Notes: generated from the letters alone by a model not told the origin. Shown: positions 19,471-29,422, numbered from the stretch's first letter. The stretch: DNA of 64,000 nucleotides from Clostridia bacterium (GCA_017961575.1 JAGCXA010000023.1:19056-83055); one strand, 5' to 3'. Made by a program: numbers and translations.

Positions 19471-20996
19471 TACTTCGCTTAGAGGACGGGATCAATCCCT
19501 ATTACGTCCAGACGCTCGGACTGGTCTTTTTCCCCGGGGCGAAGTTCGGGGAGAATCAGGAGGAGTCGCCCGACGTTCCCGTCCTTTCGGTCGGTCTTTC
19601 GCGCGAGGACGACGGAACGGCGACGGCAAAAGCCGTCCTCTCGTTCAAGGGGAAGACGGTTACGTCCGAGGAGCGCGTCTCACCCGATGAGAATTTTCCC
19701 GTTGACCGCGTCGATAAGATCGCCGTCGGTCGTGCGGTTTTCGGCGCGGGAAAGCAGTACTTCGGGCATATTCCCCCGTGGGGGATCCTGACGGGCGTCC
19801 GTCCGTCCAAGGTCGCGTCGGAACTTCTCAATACCGGTCACGGCGTTCTTCGCTCGCGCCAGATCCTTCGTGACGAATACTTCCTGAACCCGCAGAAGGC
19901 GGCGCTCGCCGTCAGCGTCGCGGGAACCGAAGCGCGTCTTTGCAGGAAACTCGACCGCAATCTTTGCAGCGTCTATATTTCGATCCCGTTCTGTCCCTCG
20001 CGCTGCGCCTACTGTTCGTTCGTTTCCTATACGTCGCCGCGTTTGCTGTCCCTGATCCCCGATTATCTGAAAACGTTGGCGAAGGATCTTGCCGCGATGT
20101 TCGAAACGATCCGCGAACTCGGAAAACGGGTCGCCACCGTCTACATCGGCGGGGGTACTCCGACAACCCTTTCGCCCGCGCAGTTGCGCTTCCTGCTCGG
20201 CGAGGTCACGCGGCACGTCGATCCCGCGACGCTCATGGAGTTTACGCTGGAAGCCGGACGCCCCGACACGATCACGAAAGAAAAACTTGCGATCGCGAAG
20301 GAATACGGCGTCACGAGGATCAGCGTCAATCCGCAGACCCTCTCCGACGAGATCCTCGAATCCATCGGGCGGAAACATACCGTCGCCGATTTTCTCCGTG
20401 CGTACGACCTTGCGTCGTCGTCGGGGATCCGCGACGTGAACGTCGATCTGATCGCCGGACTTCCGGGCGATAATTTCGGCAACTTCTCGGCGGCGATCGA
20501 CCGCGTGATCGAACTTGCTCCCACGAACCTGACGGTGCATACGTTCTGCGTGAAGCGCGCTGCGGACATCCTGCGCGAGAACAGCGGGGTCTACTCGCTC
20601 TCGGGCGGCGACGCCGTCAAATGCGTCTCCTACTCGCAGCTCAAAACCAAGTTCGCGGGATATAAGCCGTACTATATGTACCGTCAGAAGAATACCGTCG
20701 GCAACCTTGAAAACGTCGGCTACGCCCAGGAAGGGCACGAGGGGATGTACAACATCTTTATGATGGAGGAACTGCACTCGATCTTCGGGGTCGGCGCGGG
20801 CGCGGTCACGAAACTGGTCGATTACCGCCTGCCGAAAGAGGGAAGATCGCGGATCGTCCGCCTCTTTACGCCGAAATACCCCTATGAATACCTGCGGGAC
20901 GCCGACCGAATCCGGGAGGGGACGGACGGCGAGCCGCCGATGCGTGATAAGATCCTGCGTTTCTTTTCACCCGAAACGAACGGCACGTCTACATAA
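19467..20996 (+). CDS. hemZ: Radical SAM protein, HemZ/HemN-like coproporphyrinogen dehydrogenase family
   Basis: 509 aa. CxxxCxxC cluster motif CPSRCAYCSF. Start overlaps the dtd stop (ATGA). Confidence 0.75.
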   Translation: MILRLEDGINPYYVQTLGLVFFPGAKFGENQEESPDVPVLSVGLSREDDGTATAKAVLSFKGKTVTSEERVSPDENFPVDRVDKIAVGRAVFGAGKQYFGHIPPWGILTGVRPSKVASELLNTGHGVLRSRQILRDEYFLNPQKAALAVSVAGTEARLCRKLDRNLCSVYISIPFCPSRCAYCSFVSYTSPRLLSLIPDYLKTLAKDLAAMFETIRELGKRVATVYIGGGTPTTLSPAQLRFLLGEVTRHVDPATLMEFTLEAGRPDTITKEKLAIAKEYGVTRISVNPQTLSDEILESIGRKHTVADFLRAYDLASSSGIRDVNVDLIAGLPGDNFGNFSAAIDRVIELAPTNLTVHTFCVKRAADILRENSGVYSLSGGDAVKCVSYSQLKTKFAGYKPYYMYRQKNTVGNLENVGYAQEGHEGMYNIFMMEELHSIFGVGAGAVTKLVDYRLPKEGRSRIVRLFTPKYPYEYLRDADRIREGTDGEPPMRDKILRFFSPETNGTST

Positions 20997-21025
20997 CGCC
21001 GCGCCTTGCGGCATAAACTGGAACT

Positions 21026-21937
21026 ATGAGAACGATTTGCACTTCTTTTGAAAACGAAGATCAGAAACGCGACCTCGTCCGGCGCGAGGACGCCGCGTTT
21101 CTTCTTCGCGTGTCCGAATGCGCCGCTCGCTTGGCGTCGGAGAAGGAACTGAAAGTCTTGACCGTTTCGGGCGCAAGCTGTTCGGGAAAGACGACGACGG
21201 CGAACCTGATCGACGAAACGCTTGAACGGACGGGACGCCGCGTTCACACCGTTTCGCTCGACGACTTCTTTTTCAGTCGGTCGGAACTTGTCAGCCGCGC
21301 AGAAAAGTCGGGGAGTCAACTGGATTTCGATTCGCCCGAAACGCTGGATCTTTCGGCGCTGTCAAGCGTGATCGACGCGGCGTTTTCAGGTGAGCGAATG
21401 CTCGTGCCGCAGTTCGATTTTCAGATCGGAGAGCGCGTGGGTATGATCGATTTCGGTATTCCGCGTCCCGAGGACGTCTATCTGTTCGAAGGAATTCAGG
21501 CGATCTATCCCCAGGTGACCACGCTTCTCGGACGGCACCCGTTCCGATCCGTCTTTCTCTGGGTCGGCGAGGACGCCGGATACGGCGACGCCGTTTTTAC
21601 GATTGATGAGATCCGTTTCCTTCGCCGTCTGGTCCGCGACAGTCGCTTCCGGAACGCCGACCCGGAGTTCACGTTCCGAATCTGGGAAACGGTCAGAACC
21701 AACGAGGAAAAACACATTTTTCCGTTTGCGGACGGATGCGATTTCCTGATCCCGACCTATCACGGTTACGAGTTGAATATGCTTCGGGACGACGCGGTTC
21801 GGCTTCTCTCAACCATCGGAGAGAATTCGCCGTGGTACGCCGCCGCGCGCGATCTGACGGAACGGCTGAAACCGATTCCGCCGATTTCCCCCGCGTACCT
21901 TTCCGAACAGTCGCTTTTCCACGAGTTTTTCGGTTAA
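21026..21937 (+). CDS. Uridine kinase-like P-loop nucleoside kinase
   Basis: 303 aa. P-loop SGASCSGKTTTA near the N-terminus. Family assignment by motif only. Confidence 0.65.
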   Translation: MRTICTSFENEDQKRDLVRREDAAFLLRVSECAARLASEKELKVLTVSGASCSGKTTTANLIDETLERTGRRVHTVSLDDFFFSRSELVSRAEKSGSQLDFDSPETLDLSALSSVIDAAFSGERMLVPQFDFQIGERVGMIDFGIPRPEDVYLFEGIQAIYPQVTTLLGRHPFRSVFLWVGEDAGYGDAVFTIDEIRFLRRLVRDSRFRNADPEFTFRIWETVRTNEEKHIFPFADGCDFLIPTYHGYELNMLRDDAVRLLSTIGENSPWYAAARDLTERLKPIPPISPAYLSEQSLFHEFFG

Positions 21938-21958
21938 AACGAGAACGCACCGCATATA

Positions 21959-23605
21959 ATGGATGTACATTACATCCCGAAAGGCGGTGCGTTCGTTTTG
22001 TCAAAGAGCCGGGCATCACGTTCCTTCCTCGGCGGCGTTCTGATCCTCGGCGTCGGGAATCTTCTCGTCAAGCTGATCGGACTCGTTTTCAAGATCCCGC
22101 TTTCGCGCTTGCTCGGCGACGAGGGGATGGGTTACTTCAATACGGGTTACACGGTTTACTCGTGGCTGTTTCTCATCGGATGCACGGGTTTTCCGGTCGC
22201 CGTTTCGATGTTGGTGTCGGAGGCGTCGGAGAGCGACGGGGAATCGCGGAACCCGGCGAAAAGGATCCTGTTCGTTTCGCTTCTGTTTCTTTTTGCGCTC
22301 GGACTTGTCGGGTGCCTCGCTCTTTTGCTGTTTGCCTCTTCGATCGCTGCGAAAATCGGAAATCCCGAAAGCGCCGCTACCGTCCGGTCGATCGCGCCGG
22401 CGGTTCTTTTCTGCTCGCTCTCCGGCGGGCTTCGCGGATATTTTCAGGGAAAGAAACGGATGGAACCGACCGCGGTCAGTCAACTGTTGGAAGCTGCGCT
22501 GAAACTCGTTTTCGGAATTCTTTTCGCGCGTCGTGCGCTCGCGTCCGGATACGATCTTCCGTCGGTTTCCGCCGCGGCGATCCGCGGGGTCACGCTCGGG
22601 ACGGTTGCGTCCTTTGTCTTCCTTTTAGGGGAACTGCTTTTCGAGCCGAGAGACGGTTATATAAAGAATAATGGAAGAAAACGGGAAAGCGACCGTGCGC
22701 TTTCACGCAAACTGCTTCTGATCGCTCTTCCGATCACCCTCAGCGCGACCGCGACGAGCGTGACGGGACTCATCGACCTCGTGTTCGTAATGAAACGGCT
22801 TCTGCACGCGGGATACGGTTTGTCGGAGGCAACCGCAGTTTTCGGGAACTATACGACGCTCGCCGTCCCGTTCTTCAATCTTCCGGGGATCCTGATCTCT
22901 CCGATCGCGACCGGGATCGTCCCGTTCCTGTCGTCCGATCTCGCAAAGGGCGACTCCGAAAACGCAAAACGAAGGTGTTCGACGGCGCTCCGTTCAGCCG
23001 TCGTCCTCTCTCTTCCCGCCGCGATCGCACTCGGACTTTTCGGCGAGAGGATCCTTTCGCTTTTCTTCGTCCGTCAGTCGGCGGCTCTTGCCGCCCCGGC
23101 GTTGTCGGTTCTCTCGCCCGGGATCGTTTTTCTCTCGCTTGTGACCGTGTCCTCTGCGATCCTGCAAGCGCGTGGGAAAGCCGGGGTCGCGCTCTTTTCG
23201 ATGCTTCTCGGCGCGATCGTAAAGACGTTCTCGGGATTCTATCTGATCGGGACGCCGTCCGTCGGGATATACGGCGCGGCGATCGGTACGGTTCTCTGTT
23301 ACGCCGTCGCGGCGACCGTGAACCTCGTCGCCCTGTTCGTTCTGTTCCGACAGCCGATCGGAGCGGGGGATATTGTTCGTCCCGTCGTCCCCGCAGCGCT
23401 GTCCTTCTCTCTTGCGTATCTCGCGCTGTCTTTTCTGCCGGATCGTGCGAACGTTCTTTCGACGGTTCTTCTCCTTGCGACGGCGGGAACGATCTACGTT
23501 CCGTTCTCGATTCTTTTCGGAGCGATCTCAATCGACGACGTAAAGGTCGTTCCCTTCGTCCGCAAAATCGCCCGACACTCCTTCGTAAAGAATCGGGAAA
23601 AATAG
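21959..23605 (+). CDS. MOP-superfamily polysaccharide/lipid-II flippase-like protein (YabM/SpoVB-like)
   Basis: About 14 TM segments. N-terminal LLVKLIGLVFKIPLSRLLGDEGMGYFNTGYTVY is typical of the family. True start may be TTG 21998, which has a better RBS. Confidence 0.8.
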   Translation: MDVHYIPKGGAFVLSKSRASRSFLGGVLILGVGNLLVKLIGLVFKIPLSRLLGDEGMGYFNTGYTVYSWLFLIGCTGFPVAVSMLVSEASESDGESRNPAKRILFVSLLFLFALGLVGCLALLLFASSIAAKIGNPESAATVRSIAPAVLFCSLSGGLRGYFQGKKRMEPTAVSQLLEAALKLVFGILFARRALASGYDLPSVSAAAIRGVTLGTVASFVFLLGELLFEPRDGYIKNNGRKRESDRALSRKLLLIALPITLSATATSVTGLIDLVFVMKRLLHAGYGLSEATAVFGNYTTLAVPFFNLPGILISPIATGIVPFLSSDLAKGDSENAKRRCSTALRSAVVLSLPAAIALGLFGERILSLFFVRQSAALAAPALSVLSPGIVFLSLVTVSSAILQARGKAGVALFSMLLGAIVKTFSGFYLIGTPSVGIYGAAIGTVLCYAVAATVNLVALFVLFRQPIGAGDIVRPVVPAALSFSLAYLALSFLPDRANVLSTVLLLATAGTIYVPFSILFGAISIDDVKVVPFVRKIARHSFVKNREK

Positions 23606-23681
23606 ATTTGGTCAACTTGCACAAAACGATTTTCCGTCAAAAAATAGGGCAGTTTTCGATTCAAAAATAGAAAAGAATGGT

Positions 23682-23737
23682 AAAAAACAACTAAAAAATT
23701 TAAAAAAAACAAAAAAAACGAAAAAAATATCTAAAAA
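23682..23737 (+). promoter_or_regulatory. Six helically phased A-tracts (UP-element-like / curved DNA) upstream of the hup promoter
   Basis: A5-A8 tracts centred near 23684.5, 23695.5, 23705.5, 23714.5, 23724 and 23735. Spacings are 9-11 bp. The array ends 4 nt before the -35 box. Confidence 0.55.
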
Positions 23738-23741
23738 GGGA

Positions 23742-23770
23742 TTGATATTTGCGTGAGTTAATGGTATAAT
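23742..23770 (+). promoter_or_regulatory. Sigma-70-type promoter for hup
   Basis: TTGATA - 17 nt - TATAAT. Confidence 0.7.
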
Positions 23771-23815
23771 GACAATCGGAAACCCCAAAATAAAAAAAAA
23801 GAAAGGGAACCAAAA

Positions 23816-24091
23816 ATGAACAAGACCCAACTGATCGACGTCGTCGCGAAAGAATCCGGACTCAAGAAGAAAGAGGCTGAGGCAGCCGTCAACGCCGCCA
23901 TCGGCGCAATCATCGACGCTCTGAAAGACGGAGACAAGGTCCAGCTCATCGGCTTCGGCAGCTTCGAAGTCAAGAAGACCAAAGAAAGAATGGGTCAGAA
24001 CCCCGCCACCGGCGCGAAAATCAAGATTCCCGCTTCCAAACGCCCCGCGTTTGCCGCAAGCAAGGCCCTGAAGGACGCCATCAACGGCTGA
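23816..24091 (+). CDS. hup: DNA-binding protein HU
   Basis: 91 aa. MNKTQLIDVVA...GFGSFEVKKTKERMGQNPATG arm signature. Confidence 0.95.
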   Translation: MNKTQLIDVVAKESGLKKKEAEAAVNAAIGAIIDALKDGDKVQLIGFGSFEVKKTKERMGQNPATGAKIKIPASKRPAFAASKALKDAING

Positions 24092-24106
24092 TTTCGGTAA
24101 GAATCG

Positions 24107-24349
24107 GTGCGGCTTGACAAATTTCTGAAGGTCTCGCGGATCATTAAGCGCAGAACCGTCGCGAACGACGCCTGCGACGCCGCTCACGTGACCGTCAACG
24201 GCAAGGTTGCGAAAGCGTCCTATGACGTTAAGGTCGGCGACGTGATCGAGGTCGGCTTCGGTCAACGGGTTCTCCGCGTGCGGGTAACCGACGTTCGCGA
24301 AACCGTGAGAAAAGACGCCGCGTCCGAACTCTACGAGGTCTTGAACTGA
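24107..24349 (+). CDS. yabO: S4-domain RNA-binding protein (YabO/Hsp15-like)
   Basis: 80 aa. GTG start. MRLDKFLKVSRIIKRR S4 motif. Conserved position before yabP. Confidence 0.85.
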   Translation: MRLDKFLKVSRIIKRRTVANDACDAAHVTVNGKVAKASYDVKVGDVIEVGFGQRVLRVRVTDVRETVRKDAASELYEVLN

Positions 24350-24360
24350 AAGTTCATAAC

Positions 24361-24410
24361 AACAAAACGCTCCGCATAGAGTTAATTACTTGAATGCGGG
24401 GTGTTTTGTT
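24361..24410 (+). terminator. 17-bp hairpin (terminator/attenuator-like) abutting the yabP start codon
   Basis: Arms 24361-24377 and 24394-24410 with a 16-nt loop. Two G-U pairs make it perfect only as plus-strand RNA. The 3' arm ends in UUUUGUU. Confidence 0.5.
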
Positions 24411-24698
24411 ATGTCTGAAAACAGGATCGAAAACGGCGCGGACGCCGAACAGAGGATCGTCGTAACGGGACGGGCGGGGTTCGAGATAACCGAGGTGTCG
24501 GGGGTGTTGTCCTTTGACGAGGAGGAGATCGTACTCGAAACCGGAACGGGTCGGATCTCGGTTGAGGGCGAGGGGCTTCGGATCACCGTTCTTTCTCTTG
24601 AAACCGGGGTTGTCTCCGCTGTTGGAAAGATCAACGGGATCCTCTGGCTCAACGAAAGCCGGGAGAGACGTGCGGGATTCTTCGGTCGAAAGGGATGA
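24411..24698 (+). CDS. yabP: Sporulation protein YabP
   Basis: ITEVSGVLSFDEEEIVLETGTGRISVEGEGLRI matches the YabP family. ATG 24411 preferred over the track's TTG 24390. Confidence 0.85.
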   Translation: MSENRIENGADAEQRIVVTGRAGFEITEVSGVLSFDEEEIVLETGTGRISVEGEGLRITVLSLETGVVSAVGKINGILWLNESRERRAGFFGRKG

Positions 24699-25279
24699 CG
24701 CGGGATTTCCTTACGCTCATTTTTGTCGGGGCGACGGCGGGGGCGTGTTCGGTCGCGGTCTTCTTTTTACGCCGCGCGCTGTCGGGCGCGTTTTCCGAAC
24801 CGCTCTTCGGCTTTATGAGACGGGCGAAACGAAAAAAGAAAGATCAGAAACGGGGAAGGATCCTTTCGTTTTTCCTTGATTTCCTCTTGACTCTCGGCTT
24901 CGGTTTTTATTTTGTGCTCTACGACGCGACGGTGCTTGGCGGGCGTGGGAGAATCTTCCATCTCGCGCTATTCTTTTGCGGGCTCGTCACCGTCCGGGGG
25001 ATCTTTCTTTCACTTCTGTTCCGACCGACGGAACGGTTCTTCCGGTATCTTTTCGGGCTTGTCGGCGCGGCTTGGTTTTTTTTCACGATTCCGTTCCGAA
25101 AAACATTCAGCGCCGTTTTTTCGATTCTTTTCGGTCTCTACTTGATTCTCAAAAGAAAAAATGATAAAATAAAGAGGAAAAAACAAGCGAAGCGGGAGAT
25201 TGCCCGTCTCTTTTCCGAGATGAACGCGGCGTTTCTCCCTCCCGACGTGACCGGGGCGTTTTCCCCGGGGAAGGAATGA
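24695..25279 (+). CDS. yabQ: Spore cortex biosynthesis protein YabQ-like membrane protein
   Basis: 194 aa, multi-TM. 4-nt overlap with yabP. Assignment is by synteny and topology. Confidence 0.7.
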   Translation: MTRDFLTLIFVGATAGACSVAVFFLRRALSGAFSEPLFGFMRRAKRKKKDQKRGRILSFFLDFLLTLGFGFYFVLYDATVLGGRGRIFHLALFFCGLVTVRGIFLSLLFRPTERFFRYLFGLVGAAWFFFTIPFRKTFSAVFSILFGLYLILKRKNDKIKRKKQAKREIARLFSEMNAAFLPPDVTGAFSPGKE

Positions 25280-26139
25280 AAATGGCAGACTCGATCAGAC
25301 GGATCGGCGCGAACGAGGTGTCCGACGCCGTCCGCGACCTTTTCCTCCGCGCCAACTGCGTGATCGGAGAGGACGTGAAAGAAAAATTGGAAAACGCGAT
25401 CGCAGAAGAGAAAAACCCGCTTGCGCGCGGCGTCCTGACGGCGATCAGGGAAAACGACTCGATCGCCGCGGAAAAGGATCTTCCGATTTGTCAGGATACC
25501 GGGATGGCGGTCGTTTTCGCCGAGGTCGGATCCCTTTTACATATCGAGGGCGACACGCTTGAAAACGCGGTCAACCGCGGCGTTTCCGCGGCGTATCTCC
25601 ACGGGAAACTGCGTTGTTCCGTCGTGCGCGATCCGCTCTTTCACCGTGAAAACACGGGCGACAACACCCCGGCGATCCTGCATATCCGCTCAGTACCCGG
25701 CGACCGTCTGAAACTGATCGCCGCGCCCAAAGGATTCGGAAGCGAGAATATGAGCGCGCTTCGGATGTTTACGCCGTCGGCGAAAATCGAAGACGTGATC
25801 GGGTTTATCGTGGATTCGGTCAAAAAAGCGGGGTCAAACCCCTGTCCTCCCGTGACGGTCGGGGTGGGGATCGGCTCGGACTTCGAGGGGTGCGCTCTGC
25901 TTGCCAAATACGCCCTCACCCGTCCCTTGACCGATCGGAACCCCGACCCGGAGTACGCCGCGTTGGAAGAGACGGTGCTTTCCCGGATCAACGCGCTCGG
26001 GATCGGTCCGCAGGGATTCGGAGGGGATACGTCCGCCTTCGCCGTCAAGATCGAGGTCGCCCCGACCCATATCGCGGGGCTTCCTGTCGCCGTGAATATC
26101 AATTGTCACGTCGCCCGACACGCGCAAATCGTCCTTTGA
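25276..26139 (+). CDS. Fe-S hydro-lyase alpha subunit (class I fumarate hydratase / tartrate dehydratase alpha)
   Basis: 287 aa. CQDTGMAV cluster-ligand motif. Start overlaps the yabQ stop (ATGA). No beta subunit gene follows. Confidence 0.85.
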   Translation: MKMADSIRRIGANEVSDAVRDLFLRANCVIGEDVKEKLENAIAEEKNPLARGVLTAIRENDSIAAEKDLPICQDTGMAVVFAEVGSLLHIEGDTLENAVNRGVSAAYLHGKLRCSVVRDPLFHRENTGDNTPAILHIRSVPGDRLKLIAAPKGFGSENMSALRMFTPSAKIEDVIGFIVDSVKKAGSNPCPPVTVGVGIGSDFEGCALLAKYALTRPLTDRNPDPEYAALEETVLSRINALGIGPQGFGGDTSAFAVKIEVAPTHIAGLPVAVNINCHVARHAQIVL

Positions 26140-26157
26140 ATCGTCTTTTCCCCAAAT

Positions 26158-26203
26158 AGTACAAACGAACGACCGCATTCGCGCTTTCGTTTGTACTTTT
26201 TTT
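26158..26203 (+). terminator. Intrinsic terminator after the fumarase alpha gene
   Basis: AGTACAAACGAA / TTCGTTTGTACT 12-bp stem followed by T6. Confidence 0.85.
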
Positions 26204-26225
26204 ATAATTCTTTTTCGTCTAATCA

Positions 26226-26263
26226 TTGACAACAGTATGATACTATGATAAAATTGTTATAAT
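26226..26263 (+). promoter_or_regulatory. Promoter region of the glg operon
   Basis: TTGACA - 17 nt - TAAAAT (26226-26254), overlapped by an extended -10 TGTTATAAT (26255-26263). Confidence 0.6.
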
Positions 26264-26288
26264 AAATAAGACGAAAGGAACTGATCCG

Positions 26289-28232
26289 ATGATACAGGTC
26301 GTGTCCGGGAGCGGACTGTCGCGCGGCGGGTCAACCGACGAGTATCTCTTCCATCAAGGGACGCTCTACTCCGCGTACCGCTATCTCGGCTGTCAGCGCG
26401 CTGTATCGGACGGTTCCTTTTTCTATACCTTCCGAACCTGGGCGCCCCGCGCGGACGAGGTTCGCCTGATTTCCGACTTCACCGATTGGGAACGCGGATT
26501 GGAGATGAAGCGCGTCACCGAGAAGGGCGTGTACGAGGTGACGGTTCGCTCCGACGTTTCTCTTTCCGGGTCGGTCTATAAGTATCTCGTCGTGTCGGGG
26601 GGCGTCGGTCGCTGTAAGGGCGATCCCTACGCCCTCGCTTCCAAGGGCGGGTGCGACGGAGGCAGCGTCGTCGTCGACGGATCGGATTTTGTATTCGGCG
26701 ACGAAAAATGGCTCGCCTACCGCCGAAAGACGGTCGCCGCCTCGCCGAAAGGGCATTATCTTTCCGCCCCGGTGAATATCTATGAGGTACACCTCGGTTC
26801 GTTCGATCGCGGGGAAAACGGGGAATACCTGTCCTACCGGGAATTGGCGGATCGCCTCGTCTCCTACGTCAAAACGATGGGCTATACCCACGTCGAACTG
26901 ATGCCGATCGCCGAGTATCCCTTCGACGGATCGTGGGGGTATCAGGTCTGCGCCTACTACGCGCCGACGTCACGCTTCGGTACTCCTGACGATTTTCGGT
27001 ATTTCGTCGACACTCTGCACCGCGCCGGGATCGGCGTGCTTCTCGACTGGGTCCCCGCCCACTTTCCGAAGGACGAATGGGGACTCTACGAGTTCGACGG
27101 ACACCCGCTCTACGAGTATCAGGGAAAAGACAGGATGGAGTCGCGCTCCTGGGGCACCCGTTTCTTTGATCTCGGGCGCGAGGAAGTGCAGTCCTTCCTG
27201 ATCTCGAACGCTCTGTATTGGTTCCGCGAGTTTCATATCGACGGGCTTCGCGTCGACGCCGTCGCCTCGATGCTGTATCTTGATTACGATCGGCTTCCCG
27301 GCGAGTGGATCCCGAACGCCGAGGGCGGGAACAAGAACCCGGAGGCGGTCGCGTTTCTGCAGAAACTGAATTCCGTCCTCTTCTCCGAATTCCCGGACGT
27401 TCTGATGATCGCGGAGGAGTCGACGTCGTTTGCTAAGGTGACCCATCCCGTCTCGGAGGGCGGGCTCGGCTTCAATCTCAAATGGAATATGGGATGGGCG
27501 AACGATTTTTACGAGTATCTTTCGACCGATCCCGTTTTTCGCAAATATCATCACCACGCCCTGAATTTTCCCCTGATGTACGCTTTCAGCGAGAATTACG
27601 TTCTTCCGATCACGCACGACGAGGTCGTGCACGGAAAGAGATCGCTGATCGGTAAGATCAGCGGCGCCTACGAGGACAAGTTCCGTCAGTTCCGCTGCGC
27701 GCTCCTCTTGCAGATGACCTATCCCGGAAAGAAACTGCTCTTTATGGGGTGCGAATACGCGCAGTTTTCCGAGTGGGACTATCAAAAGGGACTCGAATGG
27801 TTTATGCTCGACTATCCGATCCATCGCGAGACCCGTGAATATACCGCAAGTCTCAACCGTTTCTATCTGAGTCGCCCCGAACTCTGGGAAATCGACTTTG
27901 AACCCGGCGGTTTTTCGTGGATCGACGCCGACAACGCCGCGGGGAACCTCGTTTCGTTCGTCCGTCGGGACGCGACGGGAGAATCGATTGCGGTCGTGAT
28001 CTCGTTTTCCGGCTCCGAGAACCGCGTCTGTCTTCCCGCAAAGCGCGGGGAAACCTACGAGATCCTCTTCGAGGCGTGCGGCACCGGGGAGAGACGGCCG
28101 CCGATCAAAGCGCGGAAGAGGGGCGACGCCTGGGGCGTTCCGCTGACCCTTCCGCCCTTCTCCGGCTACGTCCTGAAAAAGGTCAAAATGAAACTCCAAA
28201 ACGCAACGGTCAAATATCGGAAGATCGATTAA
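26289..28232 (+). CDS. glgB: 1,4-alpha-glucan branching enzyme
   Basis: 647 aa GH13. [26 protein letters not shown], and the HD motif in ITHDEVV. Confidence 0.95.
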   Translation: MIQVVSGSGLSRGGSTDEYLFHQGTLYSAYRYLGCQRAVSDGSFFYTFRTWAPRADEVRLISDFTDWERGLEMKRVTEKGVYEVTVRSDVSLSGSVYKYLVVSGGVGRCKGDPYALASKGGCDGGSVVVDGSDFVFGDEKWLAYRRKTVAASPKGHYLSAPVNIYEVHLGSFDRGENGEYLSYRELADRLVSYVKTMGYTHVELMPIAEYPFDGSWGYQVCAYYAPTSRFGTPDDFRYFVDTLHRAGIGVLLDWVPAHFPKDEWGLYEFDGHPLYEYQGKDRMESRSWGTRFFDLGREEVQSFLISNALYWFREFHIDGLRVDAVASMLYLDYDRLPGEWIPNAEGGNKNPEAVAFLQKLNSVLFSEFPDVLMIAEESTSFAKVTHPVSEGGLGFNLKWNMGWANDFYEYLSTDPVFRKYHHHALNFPLMYAFSENYVLPITHDEVVHGKRSLIGKISGAYEDKFRQFRCALLLQMTYPGKKLLFMGCEYAQFSEWDYQKGLEWFMLDYPIHRETREYTASLNRFYLSRPELWEIDFEPGGFSWIDADNAAGNLVSFVRRDATGESIAVVISFSGSENRVCLPAKRGETYEILFEACGTGERRPPIKARKRGDAWGVPLTLPPFSGYVLKKVKMKLQNATVKYRKID

Positions 28233-28249
28233 CCGAAAGGGAGAACGAT

Positions 28250-29422
28250 ATGTATTGCAAGAAAGAATGTATCGCCATGCTGCTCGCGGGGGGTCAGGGA
28301 AGCCGACTCTACGCCCTGACCAGCAAGACGGCGAAACCCGCCGTCAATTACGGGGGGAAGTATCGGATCATTGATTTTCCGCTCTCCAACTGCATCAACT
28401 CCGGCATCGACACGGTCGGGGTTCTGACGCAGTATCAGCCGCTTGCCCTGAACGATTACATCGGGAAAGGCGCCGCGTGGGATCTGGACCGGATCCGCGG
28501 CGGTCTGACCGTCCTGCCCCCGTATCAGAACGGCAAGAACGCCGACTGGTACAAGGGGACGGCGAACGCAATCTATCAGAACGTCGACTTTATCAAAAAG
28601 TACGACCCCGACTACGTTCTGATCCTTTCGGGCGACCATATCTACAAGATGGATTACGCGAAGATGCTCGCGTTCCATAAGGAAAAGAAGGCGGCTTGCA
28701 CCGTCGCGACGATCACCGTTCCGATCGAGGAAGCGTCGCGCTTCGGGATCTGCAACACACGCGAGGACGGCTCGATCTACGAGTTTGAGGAAAAGCCGAA
28801 AGAACCGAAAAACGATCAGGCGTCGATGGGGATCTACGTTTTCTCCACGAACGTTCTGCTCGAATATCTTGAAATCGACGAGAACGATCCGAAATCGTCC
28901 AAGGATTTCGGCAAGAACGTGATCCCGAACCTGCTTCGTTCGGGCGAGCGCCTCTTCGCCTATCCTTTCACGGGGTACTGGAAGGACGTCGGAACGATCG
29001 GCAGTCTCTGGGAGGCGAATATGGATCTGCTCGCGGAGAAGCCGGAACTTGATCTCCGTCAGCGGTTTTTCCGCATCTATTCGCGCAACTTGCAGCGTCC
29101 GCCCCAGTTCATCGGCAAGACCGCGTCGATCGAATCGTCGATGATCTCGGAGGGCTGTACGGTTTACGGAACGGTCAAGCACTCGGTCATCTCCGGCGGC
29201 GCCGTGATCGGACGCGACGCCGAGGTCTGCGACTCGGTCATTATGGACGACGTTGTGATTGAACCCGGCGCGAAAGTGTACTATTCGATCGTCGACAGCG
29301 ACTCGGTGATCCGCGCGGGCGTCACGGTCGGCGTAAAAGACGCCGGAAAGAACCGGATCACCGTCATCGCGAAAGGCAGCGACGTCACGGAAAACGAGGA
29401 AGGAAAGGTGGAAACGAAATGA
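28250..29422 (+). CDS. glgC: Glucose-1-phosphate adenylyltransferase
   Basis: [20 protein letters not shown], with GGGAG RBS upstream. The track's 27917 start lies inside glgB and is rejected. Confidence 0.95.
   Translation: MYCKKECIAMLLAGGQGSRLYALTSKTAKPAVNYGGKYRIIDFPLSNCINSGIDTVGVLTQYQPLALNDYIGKGAAWDLDRIRGGLTVLPPYQNGKNADWYKGTANAIYQNVDFIKKYDPDYVLILSGDHIYKMDYAKMLAFHKEKKAACTVATITVPIEEASRFGICNTREDGSIYEFEEKPKEPKNDQASMGIYVFSTNVLLEYLEIDENDPKSSKDFGKNVIPNLLRSGERLFAYPFTGYWKDVGTIGSLWEANMDLLAEKPELDLRQRFFRIYSRNLQRPPQFIGKTASIESSMISEGCTVYGTVKHSVISGGAVIGRDAEVCDSVIMDDVVIEPGAKVYYSIVDSDSVIRAGVTVGVKDAGKNRITVIAKGSDVTENEEGKVETK

Noticed and set aside
22875-23624. 249-aa Arg/Ser/Pro-rich minus-strand ORF, and the similar 22975-23670(+) ORF
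   Set aside because: Both are low-complexity translations of off-frames of the MOP flippase gene. The in-frame sense product is a coherent multi-TM protein.
23606-23815. AT-rich, A-run-dense intergenic tract as a possible CRISPR leader, repeat array or mobile-element remnant
   Set aside because: There are no direct repeats with spacers and no inverted termini. The pattern is phased A-tracts ending at a consensus promoter for hup, so a regulatory or curvature role explains it.
27917-28249. N-terminal extensions offered by the ORF track: glgC from 27917, FAD protein from 12819, tmcAL from 54405, ackA from 54320, Cys-rich gene from 42997
   Set aside because: Each extension overlaps the preceding gene, a promoter or a terminator hairpin. 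In every case an internal ATG with a good Shine-Dalgarno reproduces the canonical family N-terminus.
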